NCBI RefSeq assembly: GCF_004010195.1
Contig: NC_057728.1
Span: 49,425,260 to 49,465,246 of the forward strand
Direction: 5' to 3'
From: Chiloscyllium plagiosum
Taxonomy: Eukaryota
Length of the DNA stretch: 39,987 bases
Below the pieces are notes generated by a model. It worked only from the letters and a program-made list of their open reading frames with translations, had not been told where the DNA came from and ran no database searches. The translations under genes and the position numbers were made by a program. The stretch's first letter is position 1; the number at the start of each line of letters is the position of its first letter. Shown piece after piece: positions 12,766-24,854 of this stretch.

Positions 12766-13244
12766 CCAGCCAGCTGATGTGAACATTGACCTTTGAAACC
12801 TTGGCTACACTCTCCACTTCTGAGCCAGTGTGGGCTGTCTGTGATCTGGGTCCAGCCTGTCTGTGTAGAGTTGGAGAGCCTTTCTGTCAGAACACTGTTT
12901 GTTTGTCTTATTAACCCTATTCTGGCTTGGGTAGAATTGCTTTGTTGACATTTCCTGCTCTTTTTAGTTCCAATTCTAAATTTTCAAGGATTTGCTCTAC
13001 TTTTTATAACAGAATTACCACTCATTTAATTGGTAAGTAGGGCAGGTTGGTCTGGTCTTCGAACAACAGACTTACTTGACAAACTGAGAACTCAGTTCCA
13101 TAGTAACCCCAATACGTACTCGGTCTAGCATTCTGCTGCTAGTCATGTGGTATCATCCTGGCCCTTTGCTCACTGCTCACTGGCATACTGTGCTGTTAAA
13201 GCTGTAACACAACTCTCTCGTTTGTGTTTGATAAATAAAAAAGC

Positions 13245-14140
13245 ATTCTATGTAGAAACAGGTAGACCATTCAGCCCCTCCAGCTTGCTGTGCCATGCAG
13301 TAGAAAATCAGCCATGATCCTATGTTAACGCCATATTCCTACTTTCCTTCCATAACCCTTAATGTGTTTTGTCTATAACTTATCAATCTCTTTCATGAAT
13401 ATATTCAGTAGCCTGGCCTTCACACACTTCTGTGATAGTGAGTGCCACAGGTTGACCACCCTATTGAGTGAAAAAATGTTTCCTTATCTTAGTCCTAAAT
13501 GACTATTCTTGTGACTGACTGCTGGTTATGGACTCCCTAACCAGGAGAACCATCCTTCCTGTATCCAGTCTGTCCAGCCCAGTTATCACTTTGCATGTTT
13601 CAATCAGATCCCTGCTCATCTTTCTAAACTCTCACTAAACACCGGTCCAGTCAGTACAGTCACGCCTCAGGCCAGTCCTGTCATGCCCAGTATTAGCCGA
13701 GTGAACCTTCACTGTGCCCCCGTCCCCGGTAGATTTATCCTCTTTTGGGTGGCGAGACTAAAACTGTGTGCAGTACTCCAGGTGTGTGGTCTCACCAAGG
13801 TCCTGAATAACTGCAGCAAAATATCCCTTCTTCTGAACTCCTGTCCTCTTGCTATGAAGGCCATGTTATACTGAATCTGCCATGTATTTGTCCAGAAATG
13901 CAACTTACCTAGATAGCTCTGAAGCTGCCTTGCGATTTCACAACTCTCAATCCCACCTAATTTTGTCACCAGAAAACTTGGAAAAATTGTTTTCTCATTT
14001 AATGTATGGTGAATAATGGATGGCCAGCACTGAAACCTGCGGTAAACCACTAATTACTGCCTGCCACCCAGAAAAGGCACCCACGTTTTTTCCTATTGTT
14101 TCGAGTCTGTCAACCATTCTCAATCCATATCATATGACCG
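13245..14140 (-). mobile_element. CR1 LINE relic (RT C-terminus to 3' end)
   Basis: Minus-strand translation MAFIARGQEFRRRDILLQLFRTLVRPH is typical of CR1 ORF2. The 3'-end motif 'accattcagcccctc' is at ~13266. Confidence 0.85.
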
Positions 14141-15121
14141 TTTTGATGCCATCTGATCTTTGTCACATTTCCCCTGTACAACCCTGCTCTTCCGATTTAC
14201 CTGATGCTTCCCCCATCTGGCATTCTCTTTTCTGTTTTAAACCCTTTTTAAAATTCTGCCTCTGTGCTTTTGGTCATTATTTAGTTTTGTGATCACTTTG
14301 AAGTGTTTAAAGTGTCATCGGTGCCCTGAGCTGTTTTTTTTTTTTTGCTAGTTTTCAAGTTGGGTTACTTTATAAGGAAATCATACTAGCTGCTCCTGCT
14401 GTACACTGGCAACAGAACTTTCAGAATTAAATTGATGCTTTGCATTTTAGCGCAATAACTTTTTAATTTGGATTTCATGTACTTGAAGATAAAAGGGGAT
14501 ACAATAATAACAGTTCTTGGCTTGGCTTGTATTATTGAAAAGAGATGGTGTGCTTTAGTGCACTTCATGTATTTTAGGCCAGGAGTTACACACTACAAAA
14601 ATCCATTGCTAATGTTGAGTTAGAGATTTCAATGTTGAGCTCTTCTATAAACTGTTGTACAGCAAGGCCAATACCTTCTAGTATACATTTTCTCCAGGCC
14701 CTTTTGTAGATGAGGATAGCCATCTCTGGTCTGTATAAGAGTCTCCTGTAGTTGACCTGTTCTAACTTATTCTATATATCTGCAATTATTTGCATGTTAC
14801 AAGGAATATAGTACTTGTTGTTACAGCCTTGAAACCTGGTCTTTGGGTTTGACTTCAGCATCCTTAGTTAATTCCTTCAATCACCTTTTGTAATTTAATC
14901 ACAACAAGTAATGTTTAGGGCCTTTTAATTGCTATTAATGCCTTCGTACTTGCTTGCAGCAACCGGTTTGATGCCACTCTAAACTTAATGTTTCTTGTTG
15001 AAGACTGTCTTCAGGCTTAACCTTCAAATAGCACAATTTTTTTATACATTTAAGTATAGCAGGGTCTGTCTTGGATTAGTCCTTACCTAATACAGTCACA
15101 TCCTCTGTGTGGATGTTCTGT

Positions 15122-15262
15122 TCTGAGTTCGAAGGAGGTGTTACTAGACCCAAAACATTAACTCTGATTTCTCTTTACAGATGCTACCAGACCTGCTGAA
15201 CTTTTCCAGCTATTTCTGTTTTTGTTTCTGATTTCCAACATCTGTAGTTCTCTTGGTTTTGC
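15122..15262 (+). mobile_element. Short Penelope-like terminal-repeat element with decayed hammerhead motif
   Basis: GAGTT-cgaagga...gaccc-aaaac-att-AACTC followed by 'acagatgctaccagacctgctgaacttttccagc'. Same family as 31674-31776 and 39026-39114. Confidence 0.7.
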
Positions 15263-16097
15263 ATCCTGTGTGTTTATGGTAATTGTCTGGTGTGTCTTCC
15301 AGATTAAAAGTGGTATGTTCTAACTTGGCCCACACTTACTTAAATGGGCCATTGTACAGTTCTGACACTTATTGCAAGGTGTATGTGGGGTCCTAATGCT
15401 CTGTTATCCAACAGAAGCTACACCAATCTCAGGCTTGCATGTGAGCGGCAGGAGCGGTGTCTGCAAAATAAACTATGCTTTCAAACACTTCCTGTTTTAT
15501 TGATGCTAAACTAGCCACTTTGTAGCTGGAGGTGTTTGCTAGGCTTCAATGAACCAAAGCAGATTTCACCTAAACCCTGCCTGACCCTGCTCACAGAACT
15601 GTTGAAGTTCCAAAGTGATTTACTGCAATGGCATGTAGTCACATCTATTGTTAGTGTTTGAAAGTAGCCAAGTTAATGAGCCAAGAAAGGTAATGACCAC
15701 AATTTCCAGAATGTAGTTTGAACAGTTCCAAACTGTGTTCTGAGAGCAGAGGGGTAAACAGGAACACTGAACAGTTCCATGTTTACCTCATTCAGACTAT
15801 TAAAAACCTGGAAGATGAGCTGTGTGTGAATTCTTCCTGACACTTCTAAATGAGCTGTGACTGACTAAAATTGCAAAGCAGAGACTATTAACTAAATGTT
15901 GAACTGGACTGGCAATCCTCTGAACCTGCACAGTTGTTCCTTTTCTGGGTAAGGATGCTAACCCAGTTAACCTTACTGCTGGAATATATTTTTGATGCCA
16001 TGTTATCATTCCAGGACCAGCCAATTCATATTGGGCTGGAAAGGCAGTTCAATATTTAATTTAAAAAGGTGTATGTGACAAAATAAAGTGATCCATA

Positions 16098-16340
16098 TGT
16101 TAGCTGTGGTTCAGGTGGGTAATACTCAAGAGTCTGAAGATCATTGGTCCAAGTCTCACTGGAAAAAAAAAACTTGAGCGCAAAAATGTAGGCCTGGAGT
16201 TTGAAACACCTGAGGGAGTGCTACACTGTCAGACATGCACCCTTCTGGGTGAGATATTAAACACTGAGGTTCCGTTTTTGTCCTCTTGGTTGCATTTTAA
16301 AAAAAAACACACCATGGCTTTCTTTGAGGAAGGATCTACT
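16098..16340 (+). mobile_element. Deu-domain SINE (SacSINE1-like), decayed
   Basis: tRNA-like head 'tagctgtggttcaggtgggta' and Deu-like core 'ctgagggagtgctacactgtcaga...gtgagatattaaac'. Confidence 0.65.
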
Positions 16341-17370
16341 CTGATAAAGCCTGTAAGTAAAGGCTGCTATTGTTCTGAATCCTGGCAAGTATTTATCCAT
16401 CGGCTAAAATCACCTTTTATAAGAACTGGTCATGATCCAATTGAATGTGGGATGTTTAGTGAATGAGTTAACCATGAGCTTGATGTAAGTGACTATACAG
16501 GTTATTCTGCTATAATGCACATTTCGTTAACGTGAATTTGCTGTATTGTGATTGATTTGGGAGCACTGTTTCTAAAACGCAAACTTTTAAAGCATGTGTT
16601 GGTTATAACGTGATTCTGGCCCCATTTAGTTTTAATGGTGCTGCTGTTATGTGGTGATTGTTATAACCATGGGATTGCACAAGAACGGAACTACTATATG
16701 ATAGCAGAACCAACTGTACCTCACAGGCATTTAAGATATGTGTTTTGTCAAACTTGGGGTGGTCTGAAACCTATTCCAAGTTCTTCAGAAAAATTAAAAA
16801 CATTTGTCTTTTTGTGGAAAACAAACACTTAAGATTTTTTTGACTTTCAATTGAAATGTACTCAAGCATCACAGAACTGACTTTTTTGTGATAGATTTTT
16901 TTTAAAAAAAGAAGCTGTGTCACAGAATTTTGTGATGCAGCTTTTTGTAACAGATGTTAAATAACCAAAAGGCTTTACAAGAACATTTCTAGCAACATTT
17001 GACACTCAGCAGTATAAAGCGTTTGGATCGTGAGGACTGTAAACAGAGAAAGTGAGGTCAATTGATGTGGACAAGCTCAACTGCTGGAGGCAGGGTCACC
17101 AATGGCAGATCAGTTTTAAAATTTGGGGCTGCTCAAGCCTCCAGTATTAGACAAGACTGAGCTCCAGAGGGTTGTAGGGACACAGGAAGAATGTGGCCCC
17201 AGAGAAGTGATTTTTGTTTTCTAAATTTTGAGGCTTGGGTGGGGGCCAGTGAGTACGTGGGTAATGGGGAAACAGGCCTTTGGTGTAAATTGGAAGGTAG
17301 CCAGTAGGTTTCCAGAGAGTGGAATGTAGGTGATCATCTGTGGGGGTAAGATGGCCATTGGTCTATTGAG

Positions 17371-17457
17371 TTGAAAAATGTGGTGCTGGAAAAACACAGG
17401 TCAGGCAGCATCCGAGGAGCGGGAGAATCGACGTTTTGGGCATAAGCCCTTCAGGAA
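17371..17457 (-). mobile_element. Short Penelope-like element with 12-bp TSD
   Basis: TSD TGGTCTATTGAG at 17359-17370 and 17458-17469. Minus strand reads CTGAA-GGGC-TTAT-GCCC-AAAACGTC, a mutated hammerhead core. Confidence 0.8.
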
Positions 17458-18044
17458 TGGTCTATTGAGCCTGTGTGGGTTTTTTTGCTAAGAGCTATCA
17501 AATTAGTCCTCCTTGCTGTTTTATCACTAGTATCCTGTAAAATTTTCTCCTTCAATGTTTGTCCAATTCCTTTTTTATGTATTGAGTCTGTTTTCTTAAT
17601 TTTTTTTTTTGGCATGTTGCAGAGCTCATGGGATCTGCATGAAGAAACCATGCTCCTCATTTTCATCCCCTGGATCTTTTGCCAATTGCCTTTAATTTGT
17701 ATTCATAACTGATTCTCCTAACACTGGAAAATGTTTTCTTTTTGTTTTGTCAGAAAGCTTCATGATGTCCTTATGAATCATAGGTTACTGTTCTCTTAAA
17801 TGTTCAGAAGTACATTTGTAACATTAAACTGATTCACTCTTCACGTTTTCTCACCCACGTACCAGGCTGAGTTCAGATTGCCAACCTGAGAGATTCTAGC
17901 TAAAAGCCCTGAAATAATAAATATTTCCCTTCATTTAGGATCCTGGATGATTGGGTTAGGCTGGAGTTATATCCTTCCTACAGCTGTCTCTTTATTCTGA
18001 ATTTCTTTTTCCCTCCAAAGCAATTTGCATGATGGACAATTTTG

Positions 18045-18190
18045 CATGTTATTGTGGGAACTTGCTCTGCACAAATTGGCTGCTGTGGTCCCCTCATTAC
18101 AACAAATGACCACACTTCAAAGTTACTTAACTATTTAGGAAAAGTGCATTTGGATGTCCTGACGTTGTAAAATGTACTTTATAAATGTGG
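18045..18190 (+). mobile_element. 3' tail of a Deu-SINE or its partner LINE
   Basis: 'gtgggaacttgctctgcacaaattggctgc...cacacttcaa...tgtcctgacgttgt...tataaatg' is similar to 28095-28205. Confidence 0.55.
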
Positions 18191-18334
18191 GCCTTTTGGA
18201 CCCCTCAGTAAAACTGCTTATTCCACTATAAACGAGAGGATGAACAGCAAGAAGCATCTCAAGCTGTATCACAGAACTGACAACATCACCTGCCATCTGT
18301 GTAACTATGGCTGCACTATAGGCCATCTTGGGGA

Positions 18335-18658
18335 CTGAGTGTTGCAGACTGGCACATTCCAAGGTCCAGGACTATGTTTTGAGGGACGCGCTGAAGCTTG
18401 GGTCAGCTGCCACCAAGGCGTGGTGGGGAAAGACCACCGTGTAACATCTGCCTGCCTAAAGAAGAACAGAGGCAGTCATTTGGGCTGTGCTGACGCCTCA
18501 GCTAAAAATGTAATCGTACTGACCTTGTAAATAGGAATGATTACTCTGTTTTCGGTATGCAAACAAATGGGATGTTTACATATGTATGGCATGTTCAACT
18601 GTACAGACCATTAAAGTATTTCATGAATAAAGTATATTTTTGAAATTAAAAAAAAAAA
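18335..18658 (+). mobile_element. 5'-truncated Tx1/L1-clade LINE (ORF2 C-terminus, 3' UTR, poly(A))
   Basis: Open frame TECCRLAHSKVQDYVLRDALKLGSAATKAWWGKTTV* (stop 18442-18444), AATAAA ~18626, A-tail, and 10-bp TSD ATCTTGGGGA (18325-18334, 18659-18668). Confidence 0.8.
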
Positions 18659-18734
18659 ATCTTGGGGATAACTGAGAAAGGTACTTGGAGGCAGGAATAT
18701 ATCAGGTCCACTAGAAGTACTGTGCACACCACTA

Positions 18735-18810
18735 TACAGATGCTGCCCAACCTGCTGAACTTCTCCAGCACTCTTTTTGTTTTTCAGATTTCCAGCATCT
18801 TTGTTCTTTT
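18735..18810 (+). mobile_element. Penelope-like short element fragment
   Basis: 'acagatgctgcccaacctgctgaacttctccagca...cagatttccagcatct' is homologous to 15177-15245. Confidence 0.65.
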
Positions 18811-19984
18811 ATACTGTACTCACTTCTGTAATATCGAAGTCAGTGATATGGCAAATGATGGAAGTGAGCAAGGAGTCATAATTTGGGAGACTCAGCAGGT
18901 AAGTATTCAGGTTGTGCCTCTGACAAAAACTCAGTTTATGCTGACTCTCATCAATCATAAAAAATGATGACCTCTGCATAAATCAATTCCTTCATCTCTA
19001 TTAAATTTCAAAGTCAAACCGTGCTTTGATCATCTCCTACAATGTTGCTTATCACATCGTGGTTTCTCTGAATTTTCATTTTGAAGGGGATGTTGCAGGA
19101 ATACCATTTGTGGTTTTGATTTTTTTTTTTGCTTTAGCAATTCACCTGTGCTGTTTCTGCTCTTTCATACAAATTCATTTGAGATGCTGGCAGAGAATAA
19201 TACAGATGCACCTAAATGAAAGGAGATTTGCTCTTTATGCACATAAGGCATAATTTTGTATCCGTGCTCAAACACTCCTCCACGGGAGTTGTTGAGAAAG
19301 TGCTGCATTGCTGTTATTTAAAATCTTAGTTTCCTTAAGAGGCTGCACATAATGCACTGGTGCAGTTGAAAGAATGAAGGTGAAATCCAAAACATATTGC
19401 TTATTCGTTTCACTTGTCTGTCCCCACACGACGTTATTACAAAAATTAGCTGCTGCCTTTGCCCTTTGTTAAAATGTACTTTGAAAATAATCCTTTGTAC
19501 CCAAGGGACTTTGCTATTTAAATAAGTTAATTGTATCTCACTAGATGTCATTTTCAATAATGGTTAATTTTTCATTTGGTGTGAAGTCCCCTTGCATCAA
19601 TTATGGAACAAAAAGGCTAAACACATCTAAGTAGCTCTCCCCTTGTGAAGTGAAATCTATTGTCAATTAATTGCAAAATAACTAATTGCTAATCATCTTT
19701 CACATTTCTTTTAACATACTAACTTTTTTAAATCACTTTCTCTTCTCAAGTGACCTACTCCGGTACTTATGTATGTGGCCAACCAAGTGATACCAGTCCT
19801 GCAAGTCTTGAAATGGAGCCTGAATGGTAGAGTTTCAAAGCTTCACATACCAGAGTGAAGAACTTCCTTCTCATTGCAGTCTGAAACCAACATTTCCTTA
19901 TCCTGAGTGACTATGCTACTTAGTTTCAGATCCTTAACTCAAGAGCCTTGAGGGAATTTACCTCATTAGTCTAAAAATCTTTTT

Positions 19985-20051
19985 GCCTGAAGTGGGCATT
20001 GAACCCAGGTCTCTGGCGCTGTAAGACAGCAGTGCTAACCACTGTGCCACC
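19985..20051 (-). mobile_element. HE1-type SINE head fragment
   Basis: Close match to 30177-30243, with tRNA-like A-box TGGCACAGTGG and B-box GGTTCAATGCC on the minus strand. Confidence 0.8.
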
Positions 20052-20404
20052 CTCTTGAGCTTTCATTGCTAATTTTTAAGGGACATATGTCATTCAATGG
20101 AATAGCTGTTGTGATAGTGTCCCTATTCTCTGGGCCAGAAGGCTCATCTACTCCAGAAGTGTAAATCATTCCAAAACACGTTGATTTTTAAATATCTACT
20201 ATTCTGAAGATGCAGAGACTAAATCAGTACCCATGCACATACTAAAACCCCATGAAATTGCTGTATGACATCTTAACGAGGTATTGCGAGGGCAGTCCAT
20301 ACTTCAAGCCTACTATGCTTTTCTAGATCATGGCTGATCACCTTTCCTCCATACTTAGTGTATTTTCATGTATTGTATTGTAATTTGCTTCCTAGAGTAC
20401 TAAC

Positions 20405-20890
20405 TGAGATGGAGGTGCCGGTGTTGGACTGGGGTGGACAAAGTCACACGACACCAGGTTATAGTCCAACCGATTTAATTGAAATCACAAGCTTTTGGAG
20501 CACTATTCCTTTGTCAGGTAAAATGGAAGGAGGTGCACTTGCACAGAATAAATATAGGCAGACAGATAATGGCAAGATAATTCCAGGTACGACAAAGTCA
20601 CATGACACCAGGTTATAGTCCAACCGATTTTAATTGAAATCACAAGCTTTTGGAGCGCTATTCCTTTGTCAGGTAAAATGGAAGGAGGTGCACTTGCACA
20701 GAATAAATATAGGCAGACAGATAATGGCAAGATAATTCCAGGTACTTAAGAATGTCAACAGATACTTACACATAGTGTAAGTAGAGTGTCAACAGATTGC
20801 ATAACAAGTCTTTGCAGGTAATAGTGTCAGCAGATTAATACCAGCAGTGTGAGTTAAGTGTTTACAGCTGAATAATGAGTGAAAGGATGA
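20405..20890 (-). mobile_element. Penelope-like terminal fragment with internal ~154-bp tandem duplication
   Basis: Shares 'gccggtgttggactggg...caccaggttatagtccaac' with 22706-22905. Duplicated units are 20437-20590 and 20591-20745. Confidence 0.75.
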
Positions 20891-21289
20891 CCTGATTATC
20901 ATCAAATTCTTTGACTATTTAAAAGTTAAATTTATGGGGTTGACTAGTATATGAATACTACTTTTGAAGGTCTGAAGTTCATGTCAGTCAAAATTCATAC
21001 TGCATCATTAGAGATCAATTGGACTTCTGCTAAATGAATAAAAATGATAACAATTGAGTCATGGTAATTCTGAAAACCCAGAGTGGAACTCAATTTTCCT
21101 CTCCCTGGGACATTTTCCAGAATGTAAGGATTAATGGTAAATTACTACCAATGTATCCTCTATCTCTATAGCTGCTTTTTAATATGGATCAAATCCATCA
21201 GATTCAGGGAACTAATTAATCTTTCACCTATTAGTTTTCCCCCAATAATAGTGAGGAAAGTAGTCCATTTATAAAAGCTTAATAGCAGA

Positions 21290-22345
21290 GCAATTCAAAT
21301 AGTGACAGGGTTTTATGGATTCAATGTGGATTTACAAAAGGGAAATGTACGACAAATCTACAGAAATTTATTTTGGGGATGTAACTAATTGAGTTGATAA
21401 GGGGGAGCCAGTGGATCTGGTTTATTGGACTTTCTGAGGCTTTTGGTTAAATTACCAAAAGAGATTAACATTTAAAACAAAGTATGTGGGATTGAGGTTT
21501 GTGTACTTGCATACATAGAATTGTTTGAAGTGTAAGATAAATATCTATCTGTTTGCTGATGAGACAACGTTGGATAGGAGAGTGAATAGTGAAGTGGATG
21601 CAGAGATGTTTTGGTGTGATTTGGACAAGTAAATGGCAGATGCAGTATAAATGAATACCTGAGAGATTATCCACTTTGGTTCAAAAACAGGAAGGTGGGT
21701 TATAATCTGACTGGAGAGATTGGAAAAGGGAGGCACAACAAGACCTAGGTGTCCTTGTATACCAGTTGCTTAAAGTAAGTATGCATCAGGTGGTGAAGAT
21801 GGTAAATGGTACATTGGCTTTCATAGCAAGGTCTTCCTTTATCCTATGAAAGATGTTCTGCTTGTGGAGAGAGTGTAACATGGGTTTATCTGACTGACTC
21901 CTGGGATGGGAGGCATAATATATGGAGAGAAACTGGATTGGTTAGGATTATATTCACTGATGTTTAAATGAGTGAGGGGAGAATCTTGTAGAAACCCATA
22001 AATTGTAACAGGACTAGACAGGATAAATACAGGAAGGATGTTCCTGATGAACTATGACCTCAGGTTCTGGACTCCCTGGTCATATTTTGAGGATATGGGC
22101 TAAGCCATTTTGGACTGAGCTGAGGAGGAATTTCCTTACCCAGAGTGTGGTGAAGCAGTGGACTTATCTGCAGAAAACAATTGAGGCCAAAGCATTGAAT
22201 ATTTCCAAGAAGGAGTAAGTGTAGCTGTTGGGGCTAAAGGGATCAAAAATACAGGGAGAAAGTGGGAACAGAGTACTATGTTGGATGATCAGCCATTCAT
22301 ATAGAATGTCAAAGCAAGTATGAAAGGCCAAATGTCCTCCTTTTT
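21290..22345 (+). mobile_element. CR1 LINE relic (RT to 3' end)
   Basis: Decayed 'GF.KGKSC.TNL..F...V....DKGEPVD.VYLDF..AF' region (21325-21445), FADET (FADDT-like, ~21553) and a CR1 3' end. Confidence 0.85.
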
Positions 22346-22449
22346 GTTTCTAATGAATTTATTTTGTTCTGAATACAACGTCCATTCAAGTAAAGAGCCA
22401 ATAGTTTTGCTGTTTACCATTTTCCCCCATTTGAACCTACTTTCTTCTG

Positions 22450-22670
22450 TCTGTCTCCCCATAGCTGCCTTGCAATGTTGCTATTTTTCTAAGCCTCTGT
22501 TACCTCTCTCCCAGCTGCACTCACCCTCCAATTAGTTTAAAGCCCCCTCTGCAGCCCTGATTATTCATTTGGCCAATGTGGTTCAACTGATTGCCCCACT
22601 GAGGAAGCTGCTGTCTACTGTAGTAGCGGTGTCAGTGCCCCATGGACTGGACCCCATTCCTCCCACACCA
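22450..22670 (-). mobile_element. CR1 ORF1 (esterase-domain end) relic
   Basis: 'ccaattagtttaaagcccc...cccatggactggaccccattcctccca' resembles the reverse complement of the CR1 ORF1 3' end. Confidence 0.45.
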
Positions 22671-22705
22671 ACCTTTGTACGTTCAATATCACATCCATCC
22701 ATCAA

Positions 22706-22905
22706 GATTCGGAGATGCCGGTGTTGGACTGGGATATACAAAGTTAAAAATCACACAACACCAGGTTATAGTCCAACAGGTTTAATTGGAAGCACACTGG
22801 CTTTCGGAGACAATCACCTGATGAAGGAGCGTCGCTCCGAAAGCCAGTGTGCTTTCAATTAAACCTGTTGGGCTATAACCTGGTGTTGTGATTTTTAACT
22901 TTGAT
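22706..22905. mobile_element. 200-bp fold-back Penelope-like element with hammerhead core and 10-bp TSD
   Basis: Inverted arms at ~22740-22809 and ~22835-22902. Core CTGATGA-A-GGAGC-GTC-GCTCC-GAAA at 22818-22842. TSD CATCCATCAA at 22696-22705 and 22906-22915. Confidence 0.85.
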
Positions 22906-24854
22906 CATCCATCAACATCATCATTTGTAGATCTGTTACCTCATCTCATTACAAACCCCTTCAATTTAGAAAGTGTAGTATTCGCTATTCGTTCACAAAG
23001 CATTCTGTTCAGAATTGGAAGATCAGTAGGTCTTTTAGCTTGAGGACCTTTTTTTTATTTATGATTCTCTAAATCATTTCTCAACTGGAGGGTCTCTATC
23101 TCTCAAGCTGTTTTTATGCTGAAGATGTCATTGGCACATTACCTTTTTATCTGGCTGACATTTAATGTCCTGAATTTCTTCTCTGGGTGAACACTTCTCT
23201 GTTAACTTGGGTCGTTGTCCCTGCCTCTGGCAGATCTTATTAAAATCTTGTGAATGTTTATTTTGGAAGGTGGCTGCTCTGTTGAAACAAGGACTTTCTT
23301 CCTCCCAGTAGCCTAGATGTTCAGACCAGGTGACTTTTTACTTTTTGTCTGAGCCTTCCATCTATGAACCACCTTCTGGCTTTGGAGGTGTGTATGGTAT
23401 TACCATTTTGTTTAAGCAAATTTTTTACTGTCAGCGGATCTATAACCTGTTGCTTAAACTGGGTCACTTTGTTCTGTGGTTGTCTGAGTGGTGAACAAAG
23501 CCTTTTCACTCCCTCTGTGGTGTTTCTGGATAATTGCTGCTAACTTAGCTCAAGATTTGTCACTGGTCCTGATTGATTGTTCATTCTTTTAAAGACCTAA
23601 GAATTGAAACATTGCTTTTGAATTTTGAATTCATAATCTATCAAGAAAGAAAGCTGAATCTCTTGCATTTGTTCAAACAGTCCTCACTGAACGTTTTAAG
23701 ATTTGTCAATGAGCTCAAGGGGCTTGCATTATTAATTCTTGTCAGTGTTTTCTTCCTCTGGCAAACTTTTTTTTATCTTTTGCATTTTGAATGGTCTTTG
23801 GTGATTGGACTTGTGCAGATGTTTTCCACTATGACCTGTGACTTCCTTCCTATCAACAGCATGAAAAAAGTCTCTTGAATCTTTCTTCTGTTGAGTACCA
23901 TCGTTGGTCTTGGAAGCCCAATGAAATCACCTTCTGGTTGTGCCTTGGTCAGTTGGATGATAATTTTACTGGTCCATCATTAGGTTTGTCTTGTATTCCA
24001 TCTTTTTGTTTTTAATGCATTTCACTCTTTTTGGCAAGGGATTCAAACTACGTTCCCAGAACATTCATCTCTGATTCTGAACTATTATTCCACCTGCACT
24101 ATACTGCCGTGTACTGGACCAAATTGATTTTTGTTTTGTCATTGTTGCCTTGAGGTATCTGTACAGCTATCCCATGACTGATTACCATGTTGCAATACCA
24201 ACTGGGGTAGAGTGCTGCCAATAGGTCCTCCTTCCAATGTTGATTTCCATCTAATTTACAGTGGAGGTTAAAATACTATTTAGTCTTGATAAGAGGCATT
24301 TGTATTGAAATCAATGCAGTTCATTGCATATAGCTGTAGGTTTGAGTTACATTGAGTAATGTAACTTAGCCTTTAAATATGCCCATCAGGAGCCAAACTG
24401 CTTCCACTGGGACTTTGTGCGAGAGACACACTCTAATATAATCAGATTGTGTGGAGCTTCATGCAGCCTCAATATTAACTCTACCCTGACCCTGATATTT
24501 TGTGACATCTGTGTGCTAACTTTGTCAGGGATTTTGCACAAAGAGGTACAAATCCCTTTCAGTGTCAGCACTTAAAACTTCTTTAAAAATCGTAAGAAGC
24601 TTTTGTTCCATTTTAACTACCAAAGTAAATAGCCTCAATTTTCTCTCACACTGTGCCTTACCCACTCTCCCAACTTGTCTCTATCCCTTCTGCAGACTTT
24701 GTCCTTGTAGTTTACTTTCCCATTATTACATTTTGTATAATTTTGAACTTTGGTCCTCTCTCCTAAAGAGTTACAAATTTGTAGGAGATGGTACTCCAGT
24801 ACTATCCTGACGCACCCTATTGGTTAGAAGCAGCCAAGCAGAATTTGCTCGCTG

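Noticed and set aside
18789..18904. 110-nt exon (tttttcag acceptor, CAG|GTAAGT donor at 18898/18899)
   Set aside because: The acceptor comes from a repeat fragment and the translation is not recognisable. At most a pseudo-exon.
22740..22902. pre-miRNA or DNA-transposon MITE
   Set aside because: The arms match the non-palindromic Penelope-like fragment at 20.4 kb and the inverted repeat does not reach the left TSD, so a retroelement fold-back fits better.
22980..24030. Possible decayed minus-strand retroelement ORF
   Set aside because: Composition is suggestive but I could not identify a diagnostic motif.
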